Shown one piece after another: positions 63,829-64,000 of a stretch of 64,000 nt of DNA. The stretch is from the human T2T-CHM13v2.0 reference genome, Homo sapiens. The stretch lies in NCBI RefSeq assembly GCF_009914755.1, contig NC_060937.1, one strand, 5' to 3'. The notes under the pieces are model-generated. The model was not told where the DNA came from. It ran no database searches and saw nothing but the letters and a program-made list of their open reading frames with translations. The first letter of the stretch is position 1; each line of letters starts with the position of its first letter. Made by a program: the position numbers and the translations under genes.

Positions 63829-64000
63829 GGCCAGGTGCAGTGGCTCACACCTGTAATCCCGGCACTTTGGGAGGCCAAGGCGGGCGTATCACGAGGTCAG
63901 GAGATCGAGACCATCCTGGCTAACACAGTGAAAACTCCGTCTCTACTAAAAATACAAAAAATTAGCCGGGCGTGGTGGCGGGTGCCTGTAGTTCCAGCTA
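63829..64000 (+). mobile_element. AluY, truncated by window edge
   Basis: tcacgaggtcaggagatcgagaccatcctggctaacac...aaaaaattagccgggcgtggtggcggg. Confidence 0.95.

Overview
AT-rich primate (most likely human) genomic DNA, intergenic or deep-intronic. I found no supportable protein-coding exon, rRNA, tRNA or CRISPR array. The long ORFs in the track come from Alu, L1, L2, LTR or low-complexity sequence, or have no recognisable homology. Much of the window is interspersed repeat: 14 Alus (J, S and Y types, many with visible target-site duplications), L1 3' fragments, an old L1/HAL1 block, L2, MIR, CR1/L3, ERV1/ERVL/MaLR LTRs and hAT/TcMar DNA transposons. The most notable observations are: (i) a TSD-flanked ~22-nt polyadenylated micro-insertion resembling mature miR-188-3p or the 28S rRNA 3' end; (ii) an AATAAA+poly(A) mRNA-end retro-fragment; (iii) a CR1 reverse-transcriptase fossil that can still be read as protein; (iv) a two-LTR MLT1 provirus with its internal region; (v) a hAT transposase remnant split by nested insertions; (vi) several non-repeat islands rich in motifs, palindromes and CpGs that look like enhancers. 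Repeat subfamily names are from recalled consensus sequences and boundaries are approximate. I do not see firm evidence for a new biological system.
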